Shown piece after piece: positions 27,661 through 35,756 of a stretch of 37,788 bases of DNA. Positions within the stretch are counted from its first letter, which is position 1. Every line of letters begins with the position of its first letter. The notes beneath the pieces are model-generated. The model saw only the letters and a list, made by a program, of their open reading frames with translations, had not been told where the DNA came from and ran no database searches. The stretch is from a virus, in IMG/VR virus record IMGVR_UViG_3300020215_000050, positions 85,495 to 123,282 of that record. One strand, given 5' to 3'. The translations under genes and the position numbers were made by a program.

Positions 27661-27848
27661 TCTTTGTTTTCCATGTCGTCGATCATCAGGTCGACCATCG
27701 TCTCATACGGGTTCGGGCCGTCGAAGCCGTGGTAGGCCATCGCCTTGATGTCGCCGACCAGCTCTACGGTCTTCCACCCCCGGTGCTCGGAGTAGGCGCG
27801 GAAGGCCTTCTCGATCAGCATCGCGTACTTCGACTCCCAGCAGCTCAC
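27657..27848 (-). CDS. Small hypothetical protein, 63 aa (MSCWESKYAMLIEKAF...MENKE)
   Basis: GTGA overlaps on both sides and a GGAGG SD. It is the real tail of ORF 27657..28244. Confidence 0.7.
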   Translation of the reverse strand: MSCWESKYAMLIEKAFRAYSEHRGWKTVELVGDIKAMAYHGFDGPNPYETMVDLMIDDMENKE

Positions 27849-29278
27849 TGGCCGGTCCCTCCCTCGTCGTCGAGCGAGGACCTGCCGATGTCCTTCCAGT
27901 AGGCGTCCCGATACAGGTCGAGGACCATCACGTGCTTGTCGGGGGCGAGGATGCTCTCGGAGACGCTGCCGACGATCCACTTGCCGGACAGCATCGGGTC
28001 GGGCTCCCCCTTGTTCTCGACGCTCTCGAAGATCGGGATGACGACCCTCACGAGGTCGCCCGCGTCGACCATCGTGTCGCCGGGGACGGTGATCGTGAGG
28101 CCCATCTGGCTCAAGGCGACGCGGACGGACTGGAACATGCCGCCTCCCTTCTTCACCACGTTGGGCTTCTCCTCGGGGTCCTTCTGCCTGAGGATCGTCT
28201 TGGAGGCCTGCTCGTAGGCGTACCCCGTCTCCTGGGACGCCCACTCGCCGATGAACTGCTGGGTGTTCAGCTTGGCGTCCTCGCCGTTGCCGAACCCGCC
28301 CAGGACGAGGAACCCGTCCCTCTCGTGCTTGAACACGCTCTCGGTGATGGATTTTTCCATGATGGAATAAAGGACGGTCTCGTTCTCGTAGAGGCCCTCG
28401 CGGATCTTCTGGAGGGTGTCGAACCTGCTGTGGACCTGGTAGTTGATGATGCGGCGGATGTCCCTGGCCTGGACCGAGTCCTCGTCGCCCACTTTGTTGA
28501 CGTACTTATCTGAGGCGTAGGCGTACCAAGTCTCCTGGTTGTTGGGGTTCTGGCCCGGGGTCGTGCCGGGCTCGCCGGGGGTCCCGGGCGCCCCCTGCTC
28601 CCGCTTGTTCACGGGCTGGGAGACGAGGTCCTCGAACATCCTCAGGTAGTAGCCGTCGTGCCTCTCCCAGAACAGGAAGTAGTCCGACTTCCCCCTCACG
28701 CCCTTGTAGCCCCTCCTGAGGAGCATGTCGATCGCCTCGAAGGGGGAGTAGTTGGGGATCACGAGCTTCTTGGCGGGGTCCTTCATCTCGGTCGGCTGGT
28801 ACAGCTTCCCCGACTGGAGGTCCCTGGTGAGGATGTCCTTGATGATCGAGCCCGCGTCGTCCGTCGTCGTGTAGCTCCGCATGATCTGGCTGAAGGCGTT
28901 GCGGAACACCTCGGGCGAGCAGAAGTGGAGGGTGTAGACCATCGACTGGCCGGCCCGGTCGGGCTGCTCGTCCGTCACCTTCCACACCCGGAAGGTGCCC
29001 GTCTTGGCGCCGTTGTCGGGGGTCTCGAAGCTGACGTCGAGGTGCTCCTCGCCGACGATGGGGAACTTCGCGAGCATGCCGATCGCGTCGTAGACCGTCA
29101 GCGTGCCCGAGATGAAGTACTCGAAGATGCTCGTCTTGAAGGTCAGCTCGGTGAACACGTACTTGAGGTCCAGCGTCTCGCCCGCCCAGTTCCTGAGCTC
29201 GAGCTTGGTGACGTCGACGTTGTGGGCTATGCCCCTCTCGTCCGAGGAGGTGCCGTCGGGACTAGATTCGATCGCCAC
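27845..29278 (-). CDS. Baseplate hub protein (gp27-like)
   Basis: SIFEYFISGTL.VYDA...FPIVGEE, IPNYSPFEAI, YFLFWE..DGY, TVPGD...AGD, SGKWIV; lies between gp53 and gp5. Confidence 0.8.
   Translation of the reverse strand: MAIESSPDGTSSDERGIAHNVDVTKLELRNWAGETLDLKYVFTELTFKTSIFEYFISGTLTVYDAIGMLAKFPIVGEEHLDVSFETPDNGAKTGTFRVWKVTDEQPDRAGQSMVYTLHFCSPEVFRNAFSQIMRSYTTTDDAGSIIKDILTRDLQSGKLYQPTEMKDPAKKLVIPNYSPFEAIDMLLRRGYKGVRGKSDYFLFWERHDGYYLRMFEDLVSQPVNKREQGAPGTPGEPGTTPGQNPNNQETWYAYASDKYVNKVGDEDSVQARDIRRIINYQVHSRFDTLQKIREGLYENETVLYSIMEKSITESVFKHERDGFLVLGGFGNGEDAKLNTQQFIGEWASQETGYAYEQASKTILRQKDPEEKPNVVKKGGGMFQSVRVALSQMGLTITVPGDTMVDAGDLVRVVIPIFESVENKGEPDPMLSGKWIVGSVSESILAPDKHVMVLDLYRDAYWKDIGRSSLDDEGGTGQ
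28353..28369. promoter_or_regulatory. Dispersed pseudo-palindrome copy TTTTCCAT-G-ATGGAATA
   Basis: 7/8 inverted repeat using non-preferred codons CTT TAT...GAA AAA. Confidence 0.6.
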
Positions 29279-29798
29279 CGAACACGGTCCTCAGCTCATC
29301 GTATGCCTGCTGCGCGTAGCGGCGGTCGAGGAGGCGGATGGACCTCCTGTCCTCGTTCCTCGCCTGCTCGTACTCCCAGATCGTGACCTCCGTGTCGAAC
29401 CCGATCCTCTCCGCGGGCGGGAGGGCGGCCCGCGTCTCTGGGCTCATCCAGTAGGTGATCGCCGGGTCCGTGTTCTCGTAGTGGTGGACGGTGGACGCCG
29501 CGTGCTCGTAGGAGCCGTACTTGTCGACGACGTACGCGTGCAGGTCCTCCTCGGTCATCACCCAGTCGACGTAGGGGTCGAGGATGTCGTTCGCGAGGTA
29601 GACGAGCCAGACGTACTTGGAGTCGCCGTAGTAGGCGAACGCGATCGTGTCGGGCCTGTCCCACGCCTTGACGGAGTAGGGATAGAAGACCCGGTACTTC
29701 TCGATCACCTCCCTGCCCAGGCCCGCCCTCAGGAGCAGGTTGAGCGCCGCGCGGTCCTCGTACTCGACCCGCGGGTGCGCCTTGAACCAGTCGCCCAT
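29262..29798 (-). CDS. gp53: Baseplate wedge subunit gp53 (LysM-like)
   Basis: DRPDTIAFAYYGDSKYVWLVYLANDILDPY.DW...KYG...HHY...EYE...NE.RR.I.LL. Confidence 0.93.
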   Translation of the reverse strand: MGDWFKAHPRVEYEDRAALNLLLRAGLGREVIEKYRVFYPYSVKAWDRPDTIAFAYYGDSKYVWLVYLANDILDPYVDWVMTEEDLHAYVVDKYGSYEHAASTVHHYENTDPAITYWMSPETRAALPPAERIGFDTEVTIWEYEQARNEDRRSIRLLDRRYAQQAYDELRTVFGGDRI

Positions 29799-30685
29799 CA
29801 GGCAGTCCCCGTGTTGTCGGTGCCGGCGCCGCCCGTGCCCGGGGTGGTGGTGCCCGTGCCGCCCGGCGCGGTGTTGCCGTCGTAGGTCTCGCGGGTGGCC
29901 GCCTCGACCTCCTTCAGCGTGATGCCGAACTCGATCACGCAGGGCTCGTCGGAGCCGGCGAAGAAGGCCTTGACCCCGTCCGCCGAGTTGTCGACGTGCA
30001 GCTCGGTCACCACGCTCTTGAAGATGGGATAAAGAATTTCTTTGTCGCCGGCGAGGAACTTGACGTAGACCTCGTTGGGGAAGTTGAGCAGGAACTCGTT
30101 CTTCTTCGTCGGGTGCATCCTCGAGCGGATGTACTTGAGGATGTCCCTCAGCGCCTGGCTGTCCTCCTTGGTCTCCGGCGCGACCCTCCAGTGGAGCTGG
30201 TGGGTGCGGAGGTGGACGCCCTCGAAGACCGCCGTGATGTGCGGGTTGATCGCCGTGCCCGTGAACCGGTCGAAGATGCCGCCCGGGATCAGCGCGGACA
30301 TCGTCCTTCTCGCCAGGCTCTTGGCGAAGTCGGGGAGCACCTGACCGCCCTCCTGGAGGAGGTCCTCGAGCGTGCCCCCCTCGATGTACTTGTTCACCAT
30401 CGGCTCGGTGACGTTGGCGAGTCCCCCCACGAGGCCGAACTCCTCCTCGGCGTACTGGATGCCGTAGCTCTCGTGCAGGTTGAGCGGGAGGGGGAGGACG
30501 ATGGAGGCCTGGTCGACCCGTATCGCCTTCTGCTTGGGGTTCGACCGCTTGAACTCGACGAACTGGAGGATCGTGAAGTAGTGGGCGTGGTCGTGCGGGA
30601 ACCGGAGCGAGGAGGTGCCGCCGGTGACGGACTCCATGCCTGCCGGGATCGCCTCTTCTGGTAGTGGACTGGAGCGGTTGGCCAT
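29798..30685 (-). CDS. gp48: Baseplate tail-tube cap gp48
   Basis: IVLPLP......Y...Y, AINPH....FEG..LRTH...W..AP....DS, P.......TLKEVE. Confidence 0.85.
   Translation of the reverse strand: MANRSSPLPEEAIPAGMESVTGGTSSLRFPHDHAHYFTILQFVEFKRSNPKQKAIRVDQASIVLPLPLNLHESYGIQYAEEEFGLVGGLANVTEPMVNKYIEGGTLEDLLQEGGQVLPDFAKSLARRTMSALIPGGIFDRFTGTAINPHITAVFEGVHLRTHQLHWRVAPETKEDSQALRDILKYIRSRMHPTKKNEFLLNFPNEVYVKFLAGDKEILYPIFKSVVTELHVDNSADGVKAFFAGSDEPCVIEFGITLKEVEAATRETYDGNTAPGGTGTTTPGTGGAGTDNTGTA
30015..30031. promoter_or_regulatory. Dispersed pseudo-palindrome copy CTCTTGAA-G-ATGGGATA with adjacent palindrome at 30028-30046
   Basis: AT island in gp48 (AAA GAA ATT CTT TAT). Confidence 0.4.
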
Positions 30686-30709
30686 CTGCCTACATAGTGG
30701 GGTTCGCGG

Positions 30710-30717
30710 TATTTATT
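30710..30717 (-). promoter_or_regulatory. Late promoter (AATAAATA) heading the baseplate unit
   Basis: In the divergent gp48/gp4 intergenic region. Confidence 0.75.
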
Positions 30718-30730
30718 GTGGATTCTAGCG

Positions 30731-31174
30731 ATGGCTTGGAAGGGGAAGTTCAGACCCCTCAACCCCGGAAAGTACAGGGGCAAGGACCTCAACAACATCA
30801 TCTATCGCTCGAGCCTGGAGCTCCGGTTCATGCGCTACTGCGACACCTCGAGCAGGGTGGTCTGGTGGTCGTCGGAGGAGGTGGTCGTCCCCTACTACGA
30901 CCCCGTCAAGAAGAAGCAGAGGCGCTACTTCCCCGACTTCGTGCTGTGCCGGCTCACCCCCGAGGGCGAGGAGGAGAAGATCATGGTCGAGATCAAGATG
31001 GCGAGGGAGAGCCTGCCGCCCACCCACTACAAGGGGAAGAGGAAGGCCCGCGTCATCTCCGAGGAGCTGACGTGGCGGACCAACCAGGCCAAGTGGGCCG
31101 CGGCGCGGCTCTTCTGCAATAAATACAACCTTAGATTTGAGCTCGTAGACGAGAAGGTGGTCGCAAGACTCTAA
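30731..31174 (+). CDS. gp4: Head completion nuclease gp4 (TnsA-like)
   Basis: MAWKGKFRPLNPGKYRG...IIYRSSLE..FM.YCD...W.SEE..VPY...RYFPDF...VEIK...NQAKW.AA. Start moved to ATG 30731. Confidence 0.95.
   Translation: MAWKGKFRPLNPGKYRGKDLNNIIYRSSLELRFMRYCDTSSRVVWWSSEEVVVPYYDPVKKKQRRYFPDFVLCRLTPEGEEEKIMVEIKMARESLPPTHYKGKRKARVISEELTWRTNQAKWAAARLFCNKYNLRFELVDEKVVARL
31118..31125 (+). promoter_or_regulatory. Late promoter (AATAAATA) embedded in gp4
   Basis: Codons AAT AAA; about 49 nt upstream of gp2. Confidence 0.6.
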
Positions 31175-31752
31175 TGGCAGGCGGTCCGTTCACGGAGATC
31201 CTTCGCAGAGCGTATCAGACCGGCCGCACCCCCGACCGGGTGGACAGCCGCGAGTGGTTCAGGGCCCAGGCCCAGAAGGTCCGCTCCGTCAACGTCCAGC
31301 GCCTCGTCCTCGACCCGCGAGCTACGCAGACCCTCGTGCCGGGGAAGATGTACCACTACTTCTACGACCCCAAGCACAAGGACACGCTCCCCTACTACGA
31401 CAGGTTCCCGCTGATATTTCCGTTCCGCCTGCTCGAGGGCGGCTTCATGGGCATCAACCTCCACTACCTGCCCTACCCGGCGAGGGCCCGGCTCATGGAC
31501 GCGCTCTACTCCCTCGAAGACCGCCGGTACAAGGAGGACAAGCGCCTCCGCCTCAGCTACGAGATCCTCAACTCCGCCGCGAGGTTCTCGTACTTCAAGC
31601 CCTGCGTCAAGCGGTACCTCAACGGCCACGTCCGGTCCCAGTTCCTCCCCATCCCGTCGGAGCAGTGGGAGATAGCCCTCTTCCTGCCCACCGAGCGGTT
31701 CATGAAGGAGAGCAAGCAGGACGTCTGGAAAGATTCGATGGACAAGCTCTAA
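31174..31752 (+). CDS. gp2: DNA end protector gp2
   Basis: PGKMY.YFYDPKHKDTLPYYDRFPLI...GF.GINLHYLP...KPCVKRYL..HV.S...W..ALFLP.E.F. Confidence 0.96.
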   Translation: MAGGPFTEILRRAYQTGRTPDRVDSREWFRAQAQKVRSVNVQRLVLDPRATQTLVPGKMYHYFYDPKHKDTLPYYDRFPLIFPFRLLEGGFMGINLHYLPYPARARLMDALYSLEDRRYKEDKRLRLSYEILNSAARFSYFKPCVKRYLNGHVRSQFLPIPSEQWEIALFLPTERFMKESKQDVWKDSMDKL

Positions 31753-32411
31753 TGGACATCCAGCGCTTCCACTCCGCCCTCGGCAGGCTCAACGGCGTCT
31801 CGTCGCCGGCGAGGTTCCGGGTCAGGGTCTTCGCCGACTGGGCGAGGTCCGACGCCGAGGACTCCGCCTTCGGCCGCGAGTTCGAGTTCTGGTGCGTCTC
31901 GTGCCAGATGCCGGGCATGACCTTCCTGACGGCGGACGTCGACAACATGGGCTACGGCCCCCGCAAGGACTTCCCCACCGTCCCCGTCTACGAGCCGGTC
32001 AGCATGCAGTGCATCGTCGACGGCACGCAGGCGGTCACCACCTTCTTCACCCGGTGGTGCCAGAACGCGGTGAACATCAACTTCGAGCCCCACGGCGCGC
32101 TGGCGGGCAGGTCCCGCGGCGCCTACCCCTTCCAGGTCCGCTACGAGAAGGAGTACGTCGCCGAGAGGGTCTCGATCCAGGCCTACGACGAGGAGGGCTT
32201 CGTCACCCGCGAGGTCGACCTCCACCAGGCCTTCCCCAAACACATGGGCGCCCTCGAGTACAACTGGGCGACCACCGACAGCCTGCTGATCCTGCCCGTG
32301 ACGCTGATGTACTACACGTGGACGAGCACGGACATGTACGGCAACCAGGGCGGCACCCAGGCCGCCCACACCTCCGGCTCCGTCCCCGACGAGCCCGAGA
32401 CAGACCTCTAA
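31752..32411 (+). CDS. gp54: Baseplate tail-tube initiator gp54 (gp19 fold)
   Basis: True start is ATG 31752 (TAATG overlap). C....MPG..F.T, YGP....P....Y..V, FF..W, AFP......YNW. Confidence 0.8.
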   Translation: MDIQRFHSALGRLNGVSSPARFRVRVFADWARSDAEDSAFGREFEFWCVSCQMPGMTFLTADVDNMGYGPRKDFPTVPVYEPVSMQCIVDGTQAVTTFFTRWCQNAVNINFEPHGALAGRSRGAYPFQVRYEKEYVAERVSIQAYDEEGFVTREVDLHQAFPKHMGALEYNWATTDSLLILPVTLMYYTWTSTDMYGNQGGTQAAHTSGSVPDEPETDL

Positions 32412-32429
32412 CATGAAGGAGTGAAGACT

Positions 32430-32633
32430 ATGTGGTTGAAGCTTACCAAGGCAAACGAAACCGTTCCAGACGTTTGGATCAACATGAGCCTCGTTGTCCG
32501 CATATACGCGAACGAGACCAACAGTTACACCACGATCGACTTCCAGGATGCAGATCACATCCAGGACAACATCGTGGAGACGCCGGAGCAGATTTTTAAT
32601 ATGATGGAGAAAAAAAAGAATGCCGCTTCCTAA
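32430..32633 (+). CDS. Small hypothetical protein, FlbD-like pattern, low GC
   Basis: AAGGAG SD 8 nt before ATG 32430; WLKLT...VWIN...V.RI...T.I.F......VETPEQI. Confidence 0.6.
   Translation: MWLKLTKANETVPDVWINMSLVVRIYANETNSYTTIDFQDADHIQDNIVETPEQIFNMMEKKKNAAS
32595..32611. promoter_or_regulatory. Dispersed pseudo-palindrome copy TTTAATAT-G-ATGGAGAA
   Basis: Good right half-site, overlapping the gp26 RBS; lies in an AT-rich gene, so less diagnostic. Confidence 0.35.
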
Positions 32634-33309
32634 GATAGACCACCCCCTGTTCGACGCCACCCTGCCATCGGGGAAGAAGGTGAAGTACAGGCCGTTCACC
32701 GTCAAGGAGGAGAAGGTGCTCCTCCTCGCCAAGGAGGGGAACGACGCCAAGTCGGCGTTCGGCGCCACCCAGCAGATCGTCAACAACTGCGTCGTCGGCG
32801 ACGTCCAGGCGGACAGGCTGCCCCTGTTCGACATCGAGTACCTGTTCCTCCTCATCAGGGCCAAGTCCGTCGGCTCGAAGGTGAAGCTCAGGATTCGCCA
32901 TGATGAAAAAACCACCGTCGACACGGAGGTGGACCTGAACCAGATCAACGTGCGCCAGCCGGCCAAACCCCACAAGGGCGTCGTCCAGCTCAACAAGAGC
33001 GTGGGCATCAAGCTCCGGCACCCGACGATCACCACGCTGATGGAGCGGGACCTAAAGGACATCTACGACGTCCTCGCCGACTGCATCGACAAGGTCTTCG
33101 AGGGCGACGAGGTCTACGACCTCAAGGACTTCAAGAAGGAGGAGGTGGACGAGTTCATCTCCGGCTTCACGACCGAGCACATGGAGCAGATCAAGCAGTT
33201 CTTCGACAGCGCGCCGACGATCGAGATCACCGCGAAGTACAGGACGAAGGACGGCGGCGAGCACACCAAGACCATCTCGGGGCTCGGGGATTTTTTAGGG
33301 TCTGCCTGA
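32620..33309 (+). CDS. gp26: Baseplate hub assembly protein gp26-like
   Basis: MPLPKI..P.F...LPSGKKVKYRPFTVKEEKVLLLA...FDIEYLFL.IRAKSVG...I..FF...P...GL.DF. Confidence 0.92.
   Translation: MPLPKIDHPLFDATLPSGKKVKYRPFTVKEEKVLLLAKEGNDAKSAFGATQQIVNNCVVGDVQADRLPLFDIEYLFLLIRAKSVGSKVKLRIRHDEKTTVDTEVDLNQINVRQPAKPHKGVVQLNKSVGIKLRHPTITTLMERDLKDIYDVLADCIDKVFEGDEVYDLKDFKKEEVDEFISGFTTEHMEQIKQFFDSAPTIEITAKYRTKDGGEHTKTISGLGDFLGSA
32894..32910. promoter_or_regulatory. Dispersed pseudo-palindrome copy TTCGCCAT-G-ATGAAAAA
   Basis: Codons ATT CGC CAT GAT GAA AAA; shares an exact 15-mer with 6953-6967. Confidence 0.6.
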
Positions 33310-33343
33310 GCCACTCGTCTCTGGTGGCGCACTACAGGCTGAC
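33291..33343 (+). other. Putative -1 programmed ribosomal frameshift signal (U UUU UUA plus stem-loop)
   Basis: In-phase heptamer at 33291-33297; stems GCCTG(33304-08)/CAGGC(33335-39) and GCCAC(33310-14)/GTGGC(33324-28). Confidence 0.75.
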
Positions 33344-33485
33344 GTTCGAGATGAGACAGAGCTTCGGCTGGCCGATCGAGGAGCAGGAGGCCATGTACCC
33401 GTTCGAGAGGGACGCGTACCTGATGCTCCTAGAGGAGTGGGCCGAGAAGAAGGCGGAGAGGGCCGAGAAGGCTAAGAATGCTTAA
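33291..33485 (+). CDS. gp51: gp51-like baseplate hub assembly domain in the -1 frame of gp26
   Basis: LSHSSLVAHYRLTFEMRQSFGWPIEEQEAMYPFERDAYLMLLEEW matches the short gp51-like family pattern; no SD-supported start before the conserved part. Confidence 0.8.
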   Translation, partial: FFRVCLSHSSLVAHYRLTFEMRQSFGWPIEEQEAMYPFERDAYLMLLEEWAEKKAERAEKAKNA

Positions 33486-35373
33486 GCTACCGAGACTCGA
33501 CCCGGCGGACCAGCCGATCGTACGCGAGATAGGCGCCATCTTTGAGCCCTACGTCGAGTCGATCACGAGGTCGATCCAGCAGCAGATCAAGGCGGGCGAG
33601 AAGCGCGAGCAGGCGATCGTCAACGCGACCACGCAGGCCGAGGAGCACATCCGCAAGGCCCTCGACCAGATGCTGCCCGAGAGGGACGAGGAGTCCAAGC
33701 AGCCGACGATGGCGGAGATCGCCAGGCTGCTGCAGTGGTCGATGGACAAGAGCGCGGACATCCAGCGCCGGGTCTTCGACCACGCGATGGACAACATCGA
33801 GTTCCGCGAGCAGATCATCGAGGGCATCCTCGAACAGCTGAGCACGGATATCAAGGGCATCCTCGCCGTGTCCAAGGACATGACGAACGACGAGCTCACC
33901 GGCTACCTGAAGCAGCTCGTCAACCACGAGGAGCGGAAGAAGCGGCAGGACATCGAGGACCGGCGGGAGAAGCGCGGCGTCCACCGCGAGGAGCCGGACA
34001 TCGAGCGCTACCACCGGAGCCTGTTCCAGAAGCTCGGCGACCTCGCGGGCACGGGCTTCAACCTCGTCGCGATCCTCTCCAACGTCATCACCAAGGCGCT
34101 CGGCGTCCTCGGGGCGGCCGGCATCGGCCTCCTCCTCGCGCAGGAGATGACGCCGAAGCTCAAGGAGGCCCTCGCGCGGCTCTTCTGGGAGTCCCTCGAC
34201 GCCATCTGGAACGCGATCAAGACCGAGCCCGTGATCACCCCGGGCGGCTTCTTCGACCGCATGTTCCAGCACATGGAGGACTGGATCGCCGCCTGGTGGA
34301 ACAGGATCGACGAGGACATCAGGACCAGGGCGCACCCGATCGACCTGGGCAGGCTCTTCAACGACACGATCGGCTGGCTGTGGGGCGAGCTCGACCGCCG
34401 GATCCGCGAGAAGGAGAACGTCGTCCCGGGCACCGAGAACCTGGAGGGCTCCCTCCTCAGGTGGCTCGAGAAGGTCGACGAGGACATCAGGAACAGGGAG
34501 CACAGGATCGACTTGTCGCCGCTCCTCAAGACGCTCACCGACGCCTTCAACTCCCTCGACCCCAAGGTGAGGGCGGGCATCGCCGAGGTCGACCGGGCGG
34601 TCGTGGGCTTCCTGGGCTCGCTGTGGAGGACCGTCGACGGCGTCGTAACGAACACGCTGGGCTCCGCCGACGCATGGTTCGTCCAGCAGGCGGAGAGGCT
34701 CTTCCGCGGCATCGACGAGTCGGTGCAGAGGGGCCTCGCGGGCATCGACGAGAAGGTCGTCGGTCCGATCAAGGGGATGGTCGACTCGCTCGTCGGCAGG
34801 GTCTCCGAGGAGTGGGCGGCGGGCCTCGAGGGCGTGGCCGGCCTCTCGACGGCCGTCGGCGAGTGGCTCGCCATGTTCGGCAGGAGGTTCCACGAGGAGT
34901 GGACGGCCGGCCTGGACTCGCTGGGCAAGCTCGGGGCGCTGGTCACCAACGTCGTCGACAACTTCCTCGTCGTCTTCAGCAAGTCGTGGGTCGACGCCCT
35001 CCAGTCCGCCGAGGGCCTGGCCGAGAAGCTCCAGGGGCTCGTCAAGCAGCTGTGGGACAAGCTCTTCGGCTGGCTGGGCAGGGCGGTCGACTTCGTCCTC
35101 CCGGGAGGGCCCGAGCCGGCCAAGCCCGAGATCATCGAGCAGGCCCCGGGCATCAAGTCCGAGAAGAGGTCGATGCAGAACGACAGCCTCCGGCAGAAGG
35201 CCGAGCGGCTGGACCGGACGGCGACCCAGCCGAGGGGCAGGGCGGCGCCCGTCATCGCGACCACGACGACGAACCGGTCCGTCACCAACAACACGACCGT
35301 CGTCCGCAAGAGCCGGGCGAGCCCCTCCGGGCCGCTGACGAGCTCGGTGGGTGGGAGCGACCGAAACTGGTGA
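33478..35373 (+). CDS. Putative tape measure protein (gp29-like)
   Basis: 631 aa, helical with periodic W/F residues and one hydrophobic segment; directly follows gp26/gp51. Confidence 0.6.
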   Translation: MLKLPRLDPADQPIVREIGAIFEPYVESITRSIQQQIKAGEKREQAIVNATTQAEEHIRKALDQMLPERDEESKQPTMAEIARLLQWSMDKSADIQRRVFDHAMDNIEFREQIIEGILEQLSTDIKGILAVSKDMTNDELTGYLKQLVNHEERKKRQDIEDRREKRGVHREEPDIERYHRSLFQKLGDLAGTGFNLVAILSNVITKALGVLGAAGIGLLLAQEMTPKLKEALARLFWESLDAIWNAIKTEPVITPGGFFDRMFQHMEDWIAAWWNRIDEDIRTRAHPIDLGRLFNDTIGWLWGELDRRIREKENVVPGTENLEGSLLRWLEKVDEDIRNREHRIDLSPLLKTLTDAFNSLDPKVRAGIAEVDRAVVGFLGSLWRTVDGVVTNTLGSADAWFVQQAERLFRGIDESVQRGLAGIDEKVVGPIKGMVDSLVGRVSEEWAAGLEGVAGLSTAVGEWLAMFGRRFHEEWTAGLDSLGKLGALVTNVVDNFLVVFSKSWVDALQSAEGLAEKLQGLVKQLWDKLFGWLGRAVDFVLPGGPEPAKPEIIEQAPGIKSEKRSMQNDSLRQKAERLDRTATQPRGRAAPVIATTTTNRSVTNNTTVVRKSRASPSGPLTSSVGGSDRNW

Positions 35374-35756
35374 AGACGGTCCTGGCGGCCCTTCTCTGCC
35401 TCGGCTGGATGGCCTCCGAGGTCGGGACGATTACCGTGGGCGACGACCGGGGCGGGTTCCTCAACTTCTACATCGAGAAGACCGAGCGGTTCCGCCGGTC
35501 GGGCGAGAGGGTCCGCATCATGGGGAGGTGCGACTCCGCCTGCACCCTGTACCTGAGCCTGCCGAGGGTCTGCGTCGGCCCGAACGCCCGCCTCGGCTTC
35601 CACCAGGCCAGCCGGCCAGACGGCAACCCGATCCTCCTCAGCTACTACCCGAGGCCGATCCGCGACTGGCTAGACTCCGTAGGCGGACTGCCTCCTTTCT
35701 CTTCCCTGGTCGTGCTGCAAGGGGAGGCTCTTCGGCGCCTCGTTCCCCCGTGCTGA
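35370..35756 (+). CDS. Exported ClpP/crotonase-fold-like hypothetical protein, 128 aa
   Basis: GTGA overlap; signal-like MKTVLAALLCLGWMA; DRGG...GRCDSACT...VCV...A.LGFH motif. It is the real tail of ORF 33735..35756. Confidence 0.72.
   Translation: MKTVLAALLCLGWMASEVGTITVGDDRGGFLNFYIEKTERFRRSGERVRIMGRCDSACTLYLSLPRVCVGPNARLGFHQASRPDGNPILLSYYPRPIRDWLDSVGGLPPFSSLVVLQGEALRRLVPPC

Noticed and set aside
31254-32411. 385-aa ORF as one gene (likewise 33735..35756 and 27657..28244)
   Set aside because: Only the C-terminal parts are real; the upstream portions overlap genuine genes in another frame.
32608-32619. A-run as a frameshift site into gp26
   Set aside because: gp26 has its own canonical MPLPKI start with a GGAG SD, so no fusion is needed.
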